This document shows, in pieces, positions 53,901 to 64,000 of a DNA stretch of 64,000 nt. This DNA comes from SAR86 cluster bacterium AG-313-N18. Its GTDB lineage: Bacteria > Pseudomonadota > Gammaproteobacteria > Magnimaribacterales > D2472. The translations under genes were made by a program, and so were the position numbers. The stretch is from positions 6,826-70,825 of the forward strand of contig QBVY01000005.1 of NCBI GenBank assembly GCA_003283765.1, in the 5' to 3' direction. The notes beneath the pieces are model-generated. The model ran no database searches. It saw only the letters and a list, made by a program, of their open reading frames with translations, and was not told where the DNA came from. Numbering within the stretch: the stretch's first letter is position 1; each line of letters opens with the position of its first letter.

Positions 53901-55900
53901 AGGCTCGCAGGAATAAACCTAAGAGCCTCTTGGCTAAATAAGAATGTTTGGTCAGAATAATGGACAGAAGACTCATTTCTAGATGATCCATAATTATGCA
54001 TGCCGTAAATTGTTTTACCGTTGTCATCTTCAGCAATAATAAAGAACAAACCATCACCTCCAGACATATTTAAACTCTTGGTTTTTGCATTAGGCGTTCC
54101 ATAAACAGCTCTTAAGGTATCAACTGAGCCTTGAATTGGATAAGTTCTTGAGCCTCTAGAAATAGTATTAATTAAACCCCACCGATCAGAATAGTTTCTT
54201 TGAATTTTCTGAAAAAGGTTATCGCATTCTTGTTTTGCTGATTTGAATGAGGGGGTAGGTTTGCTATTCATTTCTGAAATCCACTCTTGCGCCATAAGGC
54301 ACATTCCCAGAGCAGCATCAGTATTATTAATATCAGTTTTTCTATTCCAATTTTGCAATGTCAGCTCAAGATTTTTATCATTTTGAGCAACTGATTCAAG
54401 ATATTTATATTGCCTTGAATTCTTTGAGTATGAGTTATCAAATTTAATTTCAATAAACCGGTCCAAATCAATACTTTCATTTGAGGAAAGAAGTTCATTC
54501 GCTACATAGGATCTATTTGTTAGCCTTTGTTCAAAATGAACATTTTTTTTCATTGATTTTATTTCTTGGGAATGATTTCCCATCACAGAAAATGGATTTT
54601 GATTAGTGCTTTGAATCCATCCATTGGAGGGATTGATATATTTTGGTAGATCACGAACCAATTTACCATCATCCCAAATATCATTAGAGCTTGAACTTCT
54701 TAAAATTTGTCTTGCTTTTTGAGCATTAGCTCTGACAGGAATTCTTCCATTATAAAAATATCCAATATTCCTATCAGAATCCATTGTTACAAAGTTAAAA
54801 CTAGGAATTTTTCTTTTTGCAAGTTGTTTCTCAAATTCATAAACATTGGTTGAGTTACCAATTTCATACCACCCCTCTATTTCATTAAAAGAGTTCTGAT
54901 TTATGTGCCTAAGAGCAAAATACTTTCCCTTCATTTCCAATACAGGACCAAACTTTGAGTATCTAAATTTTTGCTTTGTACGTAATTTCAAAAAACCAAA
55001 AAGTTTGAATGCTAAATAATCCTCCTCAATCTCGAAAGATTCCCATTTATCATCCAGTAGATATTGATTTGAATTCTCTGGGTTAATTGTGAGTTCGAAT
55101 ATATCCATTACATCGGGGCGATTTACGGTAGCGCCCCAGCCAATATCTTTATTAAAGCCAACGTTAATTAAAAAAGATCCTGGAAAGTTGCCACCATGTC
55201 CATGCCACCCTGATTTACTTTCTATGTTTAATTCATACCAGCCAACCGGACCAGACAAGGGTTGATGCGAATTAATTAGAAGGTAAGCAGCATTTGAATC
55301 TGCTTTTATTGAGTTAATGGCTATTGCATTCGATCCAGTTGGAATTGATGTTTTGTCCTCTACAGCCATCTGAGATAAGTCTCTATCTAAGCCTGCAAAA
55401 AAAAGATGTTGAATATATGATCCGGCAAGAACATCTTCTTGAGTAATTGGGTGGAGGGAAAGGTTCACTCTGTCTGGATGTTTATTTGCATATGTGTTTA
55501 CTCCATCTGCATACGCTTGGGCCATGGAAAGTATATTTTGAGAAAGTTGTTTCTTCCCAATGTTCCTTACATTTGAATGAACTTTTAATAACCTAACAAT
55601 GTAGTCAGTCTCAATACTACCAAGACCATTATAAATTGCATTTTGACCTCGATATAAAGGCATCAATTCTACAAGATCCTCATATGCATCTTCTGCATGA
55701 ACTAGGCCTATGCCGTACGCAACATCTTGATCTGTTTGACCTTTGATATATGGAACTCCCCAAAAATCTCTATTAATAAAGACATCGTATCGATTGCTAA
55801 CTTCAAAAGTTGAGTTCTTTTCAATCATTGAGCAAGAACTCAGGACTAGGCTTAAGATAGCTAAGAGCAAACAGGCACTTGAAATTTTTTTTATCATCAC
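53897..55900 (-). CDS. Penicillin acylase / AHL-acylase family Ntn-hydrolase, predicted lipoprotein
   Basis: Signal peptide with lipobox 'LVLSSC'. Putative autoprocessing site '[12 protein letters not shown]' (N-terminal Ser nucleophile of the beta chain, compare SNAIAV in PvdQ-type acylases). 667 aa. Confidence 0.75.
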   Translation of the reverse strand: MMIKKISSACLLLAILSLVLSSCSMIEKNSTFEVSNRYDVFINRDFWGVPYIKGQTDQDVAYGIGLVHAEDAYEDLVELMPLYRGQNAIYNGLGSIETDYIVRLLKVHSNVRNIGKKQLSQNILSMAQAYADGVNTYANKHPDRVNLSLHPITQEDVLAGSYIQHLFFAGLDRDLSQMAVEDKTSIPTGSNAIAINSIKADSNAAYLLINSHQPLSGPVGWYELNIESKSGWHGHGGNFPGSFLINVGFNKDIGWGATVNRPDVMDIFELTINPENSNQYLLDDKWESFEIEEDYLAFKLFGFLKLRTKQKFRYSKFGPVLEMKGKYFALRHINQNSFNEIEGWYEIGNSTNVYEFEKQLAKRKIPSFNFVTMDSDRNIGYFYNGRIPVRANAQKARQILRSSSSNDIWDDGKLVRDLPKYINPSNGWIQSTNQNPFSVMGNHSQEIKSMKKNVHFEQRLTNRSYVANELLSSNESIDLDRFIEIKFDNSYSKNSRQYKYLESVAQNDKNLELTLQNWNRKTDINNTDAALGMCLMAQEWISEMNSKPTPSFKSAKQECDNLFQKIQRNYSDRWGLINTISRGSRTYPIQGSVDTLRAVYGTPNAKTKSLNMSGGDGLFFIIAEDDNGKTIYGMHNYGSSRNESSVHYSDQTFLFSQEALRFIPASL

Positions 55901-55941
55901 AAATATATTGTAATAGCTTCTGATAAAAATATTTCTTAATC

Positions 55942-56631
55942 ATGCAAAAAAATATCTTAGTAATAGGTGGCAACTCTTCAATTGGTCAGGAGGTAATTAA
56001 GCTCGCCAATTCACAAGGTGATAACGTTATTGCAACTTCTAGATCAATAATTGATATACCTTTAAAGAACTTTATTCAATTAGATCCAAATGAAGATTTA
56101 TCTGGACTAGATACTTTGCCAGACTCTATTGATGCATTACTTTATTGCCCGGGCTCTATCTCACTTAAATCAATTCAAAGAATGGATATTTCTGATGTTA
56201 GAGACGATTTTAGAATCAATGTCGAGGGCGCTTTCAATATCATCAAAAAAGTTTTACCCAATCTTAAAAAAGATGATGGAGCCTCGGTTGTATTCATTTC
56301 CTCTGTAGCTGCCATGAATGGAATGACATTTCATTCTTCCATTGCAACATCTAAGGCCGCGCTTGAAGGTTTTGCTAGAAGTCTTGCTTCTGAACTTGCG
56401 CCAAGAGTAGCTATAAATTGTGTTGCTCCCTCCTTAACCAATACTCCAATGGCTGAACACCTCCTTAACAATGAAAAAAAATTACAATCCTCCGAAGAAA
56501 GGCATCCATTAAACACCATTGGAGATCCTGCGAGGATTGCTGGTGTTATTTACAACCTTTTTTCTGCCAAAGATAATTGGATTACTGGTCAAACAATTAG
56601 CGTTGATGGTGGCCTATCAACCCTTAGATAG
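55942..56631 (+). CDS. Short-chain dehydrogenase/reductase family protein with a non-canonical active site
   Basis: Rossmann 'ILVIGGNSSIGQEV', 'VFISSVAA' and 'IATSKAALEGFARSLASELAP'. The SDR Tyr of YxxxK appears replaced by Ile. Confidence 0.7.
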   Translation: MQKNILVIGGNSSIGQEVIKLANSQGDNVIATSRSIIDIPLKNFIQLDPNEDLSGLDTLPDSIDALLYCPGSISLKSIQRMDISDVRDDFRINVEGAFNIIKKVLPNLKKDDGASVVFISSVAAMNGMTFHSSIATSKAALEGFARSLASELAPRVAINCVAPSLTNTPMAEHLLNNEKKLQSSEERHPLNTIGDPARIAGVIYNLFSAKDNWITGQTISVDGGLSTLR

Positions 56632-56665
56632 GCTCTAATAAGCTTTTTGGTCTATAATTCCGCGT

Positions 56666-57751
56666 ATGTCAGGGAATACGTTTGGAAAATTATTTCAAGT
56701 TACAACTTATGGAGAAAGCCATGGGAGAGCGCTTGGGTGCATTATTGATGGTTGTCCACCACAATTAGAGCTTTCAACTGATGATATTCAATCTGAGCTA
56801 AATCGAAGAAAACCTGGTCAGTCTGACGTAACAACTCAAAGAAAAGAGGACGACATTGTAGAAATTCTGTCTGGTGTATTTGAGGGTAAGACTTTAGGGA
56901 CCCCGATCAGTTTGATTATTTATAACAAAGACCAAAGATCAAGAGATTATTCTAATATTAAGGACGTATTTCGTCCTAACCATGCTGACATTACATATCA
57001 AGCAAAATATGGTCATAGAGACTACAGAGGTGGCGGCAGATCAAGTGCAAGAGAGACTGCTATGAGAGTAGCAGCGGGAGCTGTTGCTAAAAAATATCTT
57101 AATGCGCATGGGATTCATACTGATGGTTACGTCAATCAAATAGGAAATATTTCATCAGATACTATCAATTTAAAAAATGCAAAATCTAATAAGTATTTTT
57201 TTGCTGATGACTCTAAATTAGAAGATCTTGATGTAATGTTTTCTGAATTGATTGAAGAGGGTAATTCAGTAGGTGCAAAGCTTGGTGTAAGAGTAACAAA
57301 TTGTCCCATTGGTCTTGGCGAACCAGTATTTGATAAGTTTGATGCAGATTTAGCAAAAGCGATTATGAGCATTAATGCTGTCAAATCAGTTAGCATTGGA
57401 AATACTCATAACATGTTGGATATGAGAGGTTCTGAGGTTAGAGATGAAATGACACAGGATGGCTTTAAATCAAATAATGCTGGGGGTATTCTGGGTGGAA
57501 TTACAAACGGTGATTTAATTGAACTAGAATTTATTATTAAACCGACATCAAGCATTAAATCAAAGGGTCAAACAATCAATGCTGCTGGTGACGAAGTTGA
57601 GGTTGAAGTAACTGGCCGGCATGATCCCTGTGTTGGAATTCGAGCAGTTCCTATAGCTGAAGCAATGGTAAATTTAGTTCTTATGGATCATTTATTAAGA
57701 AATAAAGCTCAATGCGGAACGATCGATCAATCGACCCCATTTAAGAAATAA
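56666..57751 (+). CDS. aroC: Chorismate synthase
   Basis: '[18 protein letters not shown]', 'RPGQSD' and '[29 protein letters not shown]'. Confidence 0.95.
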   Translation: MSGNTFGKLFQVTTYGESHGRALGCIIDGCPPQLELSTDDIQSELNRRKPGQSDVTTQRKEDDIVEILSGVFEGKTLGTPISLIIYNKDQRSRDYSNIKDVFRPNHADITYQAKYGHRDYRGGGRSSARETAMRVAAGAVAKKYLNAHGIHTDGYVNQIGNISSDTINLKNAKSNKYFFADDSKLEDLDVMFSELIEEGNSVGAKLGVRVTNCPIGLGEPVFDKFDADLAKAIMSINAVKSVSIGNTHNMLDMRGSEVRDEMTQDGFKSNNAGGILGGITNGDLIELEFIIKPTSSIKSKGQTINAAGDEVEVEVTGRHDPCVGIRAVPIAEAMVNLVLMDHLLRNKAQCGTIDQSTPFKK

Positions 57752-57752
57752 T

Positions 57753-59153
57753 ATGCCAGTTACTCTTTATGACAAGCTCTGGGATGAGCATCTAGTCCAA
57801 ACTGATGATAACAATGAGTCATTAATTTACATAGATAGGCATTATCTGCATGAGGTTACCTCGCCTCAAGCTTTCGAAGGCCTTAGGCATAAAAATTTGA
57901 AGCCATGGCGTCTTGATGCAAACGTTGCTACCCCTGATCATAATGTACCTACAGATCGGGGTGATTCCTTTAATGCAACCTCCATTGAGGATGAGGTAGC
58001 TAAAATTCAGGTAGTTGAGCTTGATAAGAACTGTAATAATTTTGGCATTCATCAATTTGATATAACATCAGACAAACAAGGTATTGTACATGTTATGGGT
58101 CCAGAGCTTGGATATACACTACCAGGTATGACTATTGTGTGCGGTGATTCTCACACTTCAACTCATGGTGCGTTTGGGTGTTTGGCTATGGGCATAGGGA
58201 CTTCTGAAGTTGAACATGTTTTAGCTACACAATGTTTAAAAATTACTAAGCTGAAAAATATGCTAATCAATTTCAATGGTCATCCACAAAAAGGTGTTAC
58301 CTCAAAAGATATTGTATTGCATTTAATTAAGTTAATTGGAACTGCTGGCGGCACTGGTCATGCCATTGAGTTTTCAGGTTCATATATATCATCCGCTTCA
58401 ATGGAGTCCAGGATGACAATCTGTAATATGGCTATTGAGGCTGGAGCAAAAGTTGGTCTTACCGGGGTTGATCAAACTACTCTTGATTATGTAAAAAAAC
58501 ATTCAAATCTTTCTGATTCAATGTTTACCAAAGCTAGCAAATATTGGCAGACCTTAAAATCAGATACAGATGCAAATTTTGATCAAATAATTCATATTGA
58601 TGTTTCAAAGATTAAACCTCAAGTTACTTGGGGTACTTCTCCTGAAATGACTATAGATTTTGATGCAGATATTCCCTCTCATGAGGATATCGATGAAGCA
58701 AATTATGAAAACTTATTACTTGCAAAATCTTATATGGGTTTAGATGACTCAAAGACTTTGCAAGATTTAAGTTTTGACAAGATTTTTATTGGTTCTTGTA
58801 CCAATTCAAGAATAGAAGATTTGCGTGATGCTGCATCTGCTGTTATTGGTAAAAAAATCTCAAAAGATATTACAGAAGCTATTGTGGTGCCCGGCTCTGG
58901 AATGGTCAAAGCACAGGCAGAAGAAGAGGGCTTGGATAAAATTTTTCTTGATGCAGGTTTTTTGTGGCGTGATCCAGGTTGCTCAATGTGTTTGGGTATG
59001 AATCCTGATCAGTTAAAGCCATATGAGCGCTGTGCATCAACTTCTAATAGAAATTTTGAAGGCAGACAGGGCAATCTAGGAAGGACTCATTTGATGAGTC
59101 CTTTAATGGCTGCGTTGACAGCAGTAAACGGTAAAATAACTGATCCATCATGA
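57753..59153 (+). CDS. leuC: 3-isopropylmalate dehydratase large subunit
   Basis: '[10 protein letters not shown]', 'HEVTSPQAF', '[14 protein letters not shown]' and '[12 protein letters not shown]'. Confidence 0.95.
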   Translation: MPVTLYDKLWDEHLVQTDDNNESLIYIDRHYLHEVTSPQAFEGLRHKNLKPWRLDANVATPDHNVPTDRGDSFNATSIEDEVAKIQVVELDKNCNNFGIHQFDITSDKQGIVHVMGPELGYTLPGMTIVCGDSHTSTHGAFGCLAMGIGTSEVEHVLATQCLKITKLKNMLINFNGHPQKGVTSKDIVLHLIKLIGTAGGTGHAIEFSGSYISSASMESRMTICNMAIEAGAKVGLTGVDQTTLDYVKKHSNLSDSMFTKASKYWQTLKSDTDANFDQIIHIDVSKIKPQVTWGTSPEMTIDFDADIPSHEDIDEANYENLLLAKSYMGLDDSKTLQDLSFDKIFIGSCTNSRIEDLRDAASAVIGKKISKDITEAIVVPGSGMVKAQAEEEGLDKIFLDAGFLWRDPGCSMCLGMNPDQLKPYERCASTSNRNFEGRQGNLGRTHLMSPLMAALTAVNGKITDPS

Positions 59154-59791
59154 CCAATTCAGTTATAAAAGGTATCGTAGCAACTTTTGATAGAGATAAT
59201 ATTGATACTGATCAAATCATCCCAACTGAGTATCTAAAATCTATAAAAAAATTTGGCTTTGGAGATTTTCTCTTTGATGGATGGAGATATTTAGATGAAG
59301 GAAGATTAGACATGACTTCAGAAGATCGTTCTAAAAACCATGATTTCATTTTAAATAAGGAGCCTTTTGTAAATGCTGAAATTCTTCTAGCTAGAGACAA
59401 TTTTGGTTGTGGATCTAGTAGAGAGCATGCTGTATGGGCTTTAAGAGATTTTGGTTTCAAGGCGGTTATAGCAAGTTCATTTGGAGATATTTTTTACAAC
59501 AATTGTTTTAAGAATTCTGTTTTGCCAATAAAATTGTCTAAAGAAGAGATTAATCATTTATTTGAAATTTCTAGCTCCTTGCCAGTTAGCTTTCAAATAG
59601 ATTTAAAAACAAAAGATCTTAAGTTTAGTGATGACTCTTATTATTCTTTTGATGTAAAGGATAGTCTGCTTGATCGTATTATAAATAATTTAGATGATGT
59701 GGATATTACGTTGAGAGATAAAGCTAATATCGAAACTTTTGAACAAATAAGAAGAAACCAGAGACCCTGGCTTTTTGATTACACTAATTGA
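59150..59791 (+). CDS. leuD: 3-isopropylmalate dehydratase small subunit
   Basis: 'NIDTDQIIP', '[15 protein letters not shown]' and '[12 protein letters not shown]'. Confidence 0.95.
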   Translation: MTNSVIKGIVATFDRDNIDTDQIIPTEYLKSIKKFGFGDFLFDGWRYLDEGRLDMTSEDRSKNHDFILNKEPFVNAEILLARDNFGCGSSREHAVWALRDFGFKAVIASSFGDIFYNNCFKNSVLPIKLSKEEINHLFEISSSLPVSFQIDLKTKDLKFSDDSYYSFDVKDSLLDRIINNLDDVDITLRDKANIETFEQIRRNQRPWLFDYTN

Positions 59792-59799
59792 GCGCGGGA

Positions 59800-60882
59800 A
59801 TGACAAAAAAAATATTAATTCTTCCAGGAGATGGCATCGGTCAAGAAGTCATCTCTTCAATGAATGAAGTTTTACAATATCTAATTGATGAGCAAGGCTT
59901 GGATTTTCATATATCTGAGAGAAAAGTTGGTGGTTCATCTTATGATGAGTTTGGCCAACCGTTAACTGAAGAAACTTTAGATTTAGCAAAAAACTCAGAT
60001 GCAATCTTATTTGGAGCTGTTGGAGGACCTCAGTGGGATAATCTCGGTTGGGATCTTCGACCAGAGCAAGCATTACTTGGATTGCGCAAATCTCTGGGTC
60101 TCTTTGCCAATCTAAGACCCGCCTTTTTGTTTAACGAGCTTGCATCTGCATCACCCTTAAAAAACTCTATTATAGAAAATCTAGATATTCTTATTGTTCG
60201 AGAGCTAACTGGCGGAGTATATTTCGGTGAGCCTAGAGGCATTGTTGAGAATGAAACTCCCAAATATGGTTTTAACACAATGATCTATAACGAGGACGAA
60301 ATAAGAAGAATTGCAAAGGTTGCATTCGAAGCTGCAATGAATCGAGATAAGAAGTTATGCTCTGTTGAAAAAGCTAATGTTTTGGAAGTCTCAAAATTTT
60401 GGAGAAGAATAGTTACTGAGATGAGCGCAGAGTATCCTGAGGTCCAACTCTCTCATCAACTTGCTGATAATACAGCGATGCAACTTGTGCTAAATCCAAA
60501 TCAATATGATGTTATTGTTTCAGGTAATCTTTTTGGAGATATTCTCTCTGATATTGCTGCAACTTTAAGTGGCTCTATTGGTATGCTTCCCTCTGCGTCA
60601 TTAAATAGTTCTTCTCAAGGCATGTATGAGCCATGTCATGGTAGCGCGCCTGATATTGCTGGTAAAAGTATTGCAAATCCAATTGCAATGATTGCCTCTC
60701 TTGCAATGGCTTTTGAGTATTCGCTTGGAAGAGTTGACCTTGCAAGGAGGATTGAATCAGCAATCAAAACCTTTATCAGCCAAGGTCACAGAACAAAAGA
60801 TATCTCTACTTCTGAGGAATTCATGAAAACCCAAGAGGTAGCTCCAGCCTTGATAAGAATCTTAAAGGATGAAAATGAATAA
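59800..60882 (+). CDS. leuB: 3-isopropylmalate dehydrogenase
   Basis: '[14 protein letters not shown]', '[11 protein letters not shown]', '[11 protein letters not shown]' and 'NLFGDILSD'. I prefer the ATG at 59800 to the TTG at 59788. Confidence 0.95.
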   Translation: MTKKILILPGDGIGQEVISSMNEVLQYLIDEQGLDFHISERKVGGSSYDEFGQPLTEETLDLAKNSDAILFGAVGGPQWDNLGWDLRPEQALLGLRKSLGLFANLRPAFLFNELASASPLKNSIIENLDILIVRELTGGVYFGEPRGIVENETPKYGFNTMIYNEDEIRRIAKVAFEAAMNRDKKLCSVEKANVLEVSKFWRRIVTEMSAEYPEVQLSHQLADNTAMQLVLNPNQYDVIVSGNLFGDILSDIAATLSGSIGMLPSASLNSSSQGMYEPCHGSAPDIAGKSIANPIAMIASLAMAFEYSLGRVDLARRIESAIKTFISQGHRTKDISTSEEFMKTQEVAPALIRILKDENE

Positions 60883-61897
60883 GGGGGTATCTCTTGCTTT
60901 GATAGGAGCATCTGGCGTTGTTGGAACAAAAATCATGCAATTATTAGAGAAAAGAGCATTTCCTATCCATCAATTCACACCTCTGGGCAATTCAACAGTT
61001 GGAGCATCGATTCAATTTAATAACAAACATTATGAAGTAGAATCATTAGAAAATTTTAGCCCACAAAAAGGACAATTTATAATTTTTTCTGCTGGATCTA
61101 GTGTTGCAGAAAAATATGCAAGAAATTTTGTTGCTCAAGGTAGTTTTGTTATAGATTTATCCTCAAATTTTAGATACGAAGATGATGTCCCTTTAATTAT
61201 CCCAGAAATTAACGGAGAGATTCTTACCGGCCTGTCAAAACCATTGCTTATAGCCAATCCAAATTGTTCTACAGCTCAATTGCTTATGGCTTTAAAACCT
61301 ATCCATGATCAAGCCAAAATCAAGATTCTAAATATAGCAACATATCAGGCAGTTTCAGGTACTGGAAAGGCTGCCTTAGAGGAATTGCATAATCAAACAT
61401 ATTTTACTGATTCAGCTAGTGAATCTTCAGTTTATCCCAAGCAAATTGCTTTTAATGCTATTCCACAATGTGACATTTTTTTGGAAAATAATTTTACCAA
61501 AGAGGAAATGAAGTTAACCTGGGAAACTCATAAAATTCTTGATCCAAATATTCAAGTTCAGGCAACCTGCGTAAGAGTTCCAGTATTTAATGGGCATTCT
61601 GAGGCAGTGTTCTTTAAGGTATCTAGAGCAATATCACGAGAAGAAATTATTGAAACCCTTAAAAATTCTCCTGGTATTAAAGTGCTTGATGATCCCAAAA
61701 ATGAAGTGTATCCAACACCCGTTGAAAATGCATCTGATACAGAGGATGTTTATGTTGGGCGCATTCGCTCTCAAAAGCTTGATGGCGATACGTGGATTTC
61801 AATGTGGATAGTTGCTGATAATGTTTATGGCAAAGGCGCTGCCTTAAATGCAGTTCAGATATGCGAAGAAATTCTTAGTATTAATTCATTAGAATGA
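60869..61897 (+). CDS. asd: Aspartate-semialdehyde dehydrogenase (short form)
   Basis: '[10 protein letters not shown]', active-site 'NPNCSTAQL', 'QAVSGTG' and '[13 protein letters not shown]'. Sits after leuB as in pseudomonads. Confidence 0.85.
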   Translation: MKMNKGVSLALIGASGVVGTKIMQLLEKRAFPIHQFTPLGNSTVGASIQFNNKHYEVESLENFSPQKGQFIIFSAGSSVAEKYARNFVAQGSFVIDLSSNFRYEDDVPLIIPEINGEILTGLSKPLLIANPNCSTAQLLMALKPIHDQAKIKILNIATYQAVSGTGKAALEELHNQTYFTDSASESSVYPKQIAFNAIPQCDIFLENNFTKEEMKLTWETHKILDPNIQVQATCVRVPVFNGHSEAVFFKVSRAISREEIIETLKNSPGIKVLDDPKNEVYPTPVENASDTEDVYVGRIRSQKLDGDTWISMWIVADNVYGKGAALNAVQICEEILSINSLE

Positions 61898-63255
61898 AAA
61901 AGCATCTTCTTTTATTAGCTCTGTTGAGTCATAGTCTCTATGCAAGCACCATCATTGGAAGTCCTGTTGTAGAAATTAATTCTGAAGGATTGTATTTGAT
62001 TCAGATTAAGATCAGCTCAACTATAAATCTAGATGAAGATGATATTTATTTTACGAACTTCAAATCAGATGATGAGCTTTCAGATTTTAAATTTGAATTT
62101 AGAATTTTTGAAAATCTCCAGGATTATAAACGTTTAACGTTAGCCATACCTGGCAATTATTTTGAAGACTATATTTCTTTTCGGCTAAATGTTAAGAAAG
62201 AATTAAAAAAAGATATATTTATATTTCTTCCACAAAATAACGTTACTCCCAAGGCAAAATCACAAGTATCTTTTAAACTTCCAGCAAAGAAAATTTATGG
62301 CGAGCCGCAACGATATGATTTAGAAAAAATACTATCTGAAGAGATTAATTATCCAGACCCTGAGCTTAATAACTCTAACGCTTTCTCTCTTGCCAAGCCT
62401 AAAACTGATAACAGTAATGATGCTGAAGATCCCAAGAGCATACCAAGCAGCGAGGTTGAAACTATATGGAGTGTTTCAAAGTCTGTTAGTCAAAATTATG
62501 ATGCTTCAATATATCAAATAATGTGGGGGTTTTACCTTGAGAATCCGGATGCATTCATTGATGAGGACATTAATAGAGTGAGAGGGGATATTGATCTTGC
62601 GTTGCCTTCTCAAGAATTAGTTGCTTCCACCTCGGAGGTGAGTGCAAAAGAGTCAATTGCTTTCATGGATATAAGAAACAAACAAATTAAAGGATCTATA
62701 ATTAAGCCAATTCTTAAATTAACCGCGCCTGCAGAAACTTATCTAAACTCCGGCAATAATCAAAATTCTATTGATAGCTCCACTCTCAAATCAAAACCTG
62801 ATCCAATAAAGGCAATAGATAATTCTGAATTAAATGCTTCAGAAATAGTTTCAAAAAATACTTCAATCATTCAGATAAAGTCAGAAACTGATCTTTCTGC
62901 AACAACTAATATTTCAAAAAAATCTAAGGGTTTTGATCTTAGAGATCTATTTTGGGTTGGAATTTTGTCTTTACTTTTAGGCTTTGTAATTTCTTATATG
63001 CTTATACGATCAAGTAAGAGACCCGCATTTACAAGAGCAGCCGTAGAAGAAGATTTGCAGGATAAGAATAATACCTTCCAAACAAATTTAAGCATATCCA
63101 ATGATATTGAGACGCAAGAATTAGATTTGGTTAGAACTTATATTGAAATGGATGACTGGGATAGCGCAGAAAAAATTTTAGATAAACTGATTGCTAACTC
63201 AAATGATGAAGCGATTGTTTCTGATGCCCGTGCGCTATTAAAAGAAAAGAATTAG
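61894..63255 (+). CDS. FimV-like membrane protein (short form)
   Basis: Signal peptide. LysM-like segment 'TIWSVSKSV....IYQIMWGFYLENPDAFIDEDINRVRGDIDLALP'. TM segment 'LFWVGILSLLLGFVISYMLI'. C-terminal motif 'LDLVRTYIEMDDWDSAEKILDKLI'. It occupies the asd-fimV-truA position. Confidence 0.7.
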   Translation: MKKHLLLLALLSHSLYASTIIGSPVVEINSEGLYLIQIKISSTINLDEDDIYFTNFKSDDELSDFKFEFRIFENLQDYKRLTLAIPGNYFEDYISFRLNVKKELKKDIFIFLPQNNVTPKAKSQVSFKLPAKKIYGEPQRYDLEKILSEEINYPDPELNNSNAFSLAKPKTDNSNDAEDPKSIPSSEVETIWSVSKSVSQNYDASIYQIMWGFYLENPDAFIDEDINRVRGDIDLALPSQELVASTSEVSAKESIAFMDIRNKQIKGSIIKPILKLTAPAETYLNSGNNQNSIDSSTLKSKPDPIKAIDNSELNASEIVSKNTSIIQIKSETDLSATTNISKKSKGFDLRDLFWVGILSLLLGFVISYMLIRSSKRPAFTRAAVEEDLQDKNNTFQTNLSISNDIETQELDLVRTYIEMDDWDSAEKILDKLIANSNDEAIVSDARALLKEKN

Positions 63256-63257
63256 AT

Positions 63258-64000
63258 TGTGAGATTTATAGGTATTTGTCAGTACGATGGTTCTAATTAT
63301 TCCGGATTTCAATCACAAAAGAATGCACCATCTGTTCAAGATCATCTTGAACTAGCCATTGCATCAATTGGGGCTCTTGGAGAGCGAATTAATTACGCTG
63401 GAAGAACAGATGCTGGAGTACATGCTACAGGACAGATTTTTGATTTTTTATCCAAAGATCACAGAGAAAATAGTCAATGGCTCAAGGGTCTTAATTCTCA
63501 ATTACCCAGTGATATTTCCATTTCCTCTATTCAAAAGGCGCCAGATGACTTCCATTCTAGATTTGATGCTATTAATCGATCTTATACTTATGTAATTTAT
63601 ACCGGTAAAACTCAGCCAATTTTTTTAAGAGATTATATTTATTGGGAAAAACACGAAATTGATATAGAAATTATGAGATCTGAGGCCGCTCATTTAATTG
63701 GTAAACATAATTTTAATTCCTTCAGGGGATCAAAATGTACTGCAAAAAATCCAATTCGAACATTACATAGTATTGAAATTGAGCAAAGAGAGAACTTTAT
63801 TATTATAAGTCTGTGTGCAAATGCATACTTGTATAATATGGTTAGAATTATTGTTGGTACATTGCTAGACATTTCTAAAGGTTCTGGAAAGAATATGAAG
63901 ACTATTTTAAATGCTCAAGATAGAAAGGTTGCTGGGAAGACGGCGCAAGCTCAGGGACTCTTCTTTACAGGCGCTGAATATGAAAAGATAAAATTAGATT
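63258..64000 (+). CDS. truA: tRNA pseudouridine(38-40) synthase, 3' end beyond the window
   Basis: My own translation from GTG 63258: 'VRFIGICQYDGSNYSGFQSQ...YAGRTDAGVHATGQIFDF...FHSRFDAINRSYTYVIY...HNFNSF...YLYNMVRIIVGTL'. The frame stays open to position 64000. It is absent from the ORF track because there is no stop. The track ORF 63359-63595 is in a different frame. Confidence 0.9.

Noticed and set aside
63359-63595. Track ORF of 78 aa ('MHQLGLLESELITLEEQ...').
   Set aside because: It is out of frame (+2) with a continuous truA reading frame that starts at GTG 63258 and carries GRTDAGVHA and other TruA motifs up to the window end. The track omitted truA only because it has no stop within the window.
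1-64000. A search by eye for tRNA/rRNA genes, CRISPR repeats, integrase/transposase/recombinase genes, reverse transcriptases, toxin-antitoxin pairs or phage structural genes flanking the island.
   Set aside because: None were found. All gaps are 191 nt or shorter and AT-rich, without cloverleaf-like or direct-repeat structure. Every large ORF is accounted for by metabolic or housekeeping families or by the orphan at 3261-4787. The island therefore shows no mobility machinery within this window.

Overview
Compact, AT-rich bacterial chromosome segment. Most neighbouring genes abut or overlap by 1-16 nt, and the longest non-coding gaps are about 190 nt. The housekeeping synteny is gammaproteobacterial (aroC-leuC-leuD-leuB-asd-FimV-like-truA, topA/lexA, galU-pyrD). 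Low GC, shared stop regions and many lipid/terpenoid-CoA genes suggest a streamlined marine lineage such as SAR86, but this is inference only. There are three blocks. (i) 67-17305 is one co-directional surface-glycan tailoring island. It holds a PseF-like CMP-nonulosonate synthetase fused to an aldo/keto reductase, and an SpsF-like cytidylyltransferase fused to a class-III aminotransferase. It also holds a HisF/HisH/PP-loop amidotransferase (acetamidino) trio, two SAM methyltransferases, a sulfotransferase, a formyltransferase, a NodB-family deacetylase and an MBL-fold protein. A TPR protein with a putative 2OG-Fe(II)-oxygenase-like C-terminus, an orphan 508-aa protein and two apparent gene relics complete it. 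(ii) 17.3-40 kb holds housekeeping genes (tadA, xthA, prc, nagZ, rraA, mazG). It also holds an Atu-like acyl-CoA carboxylase/AtuA/hydratase/dehydrogenase operon with an embedded TetR gene, two tandem acyl-CoA dehydrogenase pairs, and GST, NMO-family, luciferase-like and Zn-ADH genes. (iii) 40-64 kb is core metabolism: cobB, nadK, rhomboid, galU, pyrD, topA, lexA with a textbook SOS box, a 5'-nucleotidase-thrH-queH cluster, prpBCD, a lipoprotein penicillin/AHL-acylase homologue, aroC, leuCDB, asd, a FimV-like gene, and truA. truA is open at the window end and missing from the ORF track. I saw no rRNA, tRNA, CRISPR array, integrase or transposase. The best candidate for an undescribed system is the glycosyltransferase-free tailoring island at 67-17305. 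The second is an identical GGTAAT-N14-ATTACC palindrome upstream of two catabolic transcription units. All functional calls rest on motif recognition by eye, and no searches were run.
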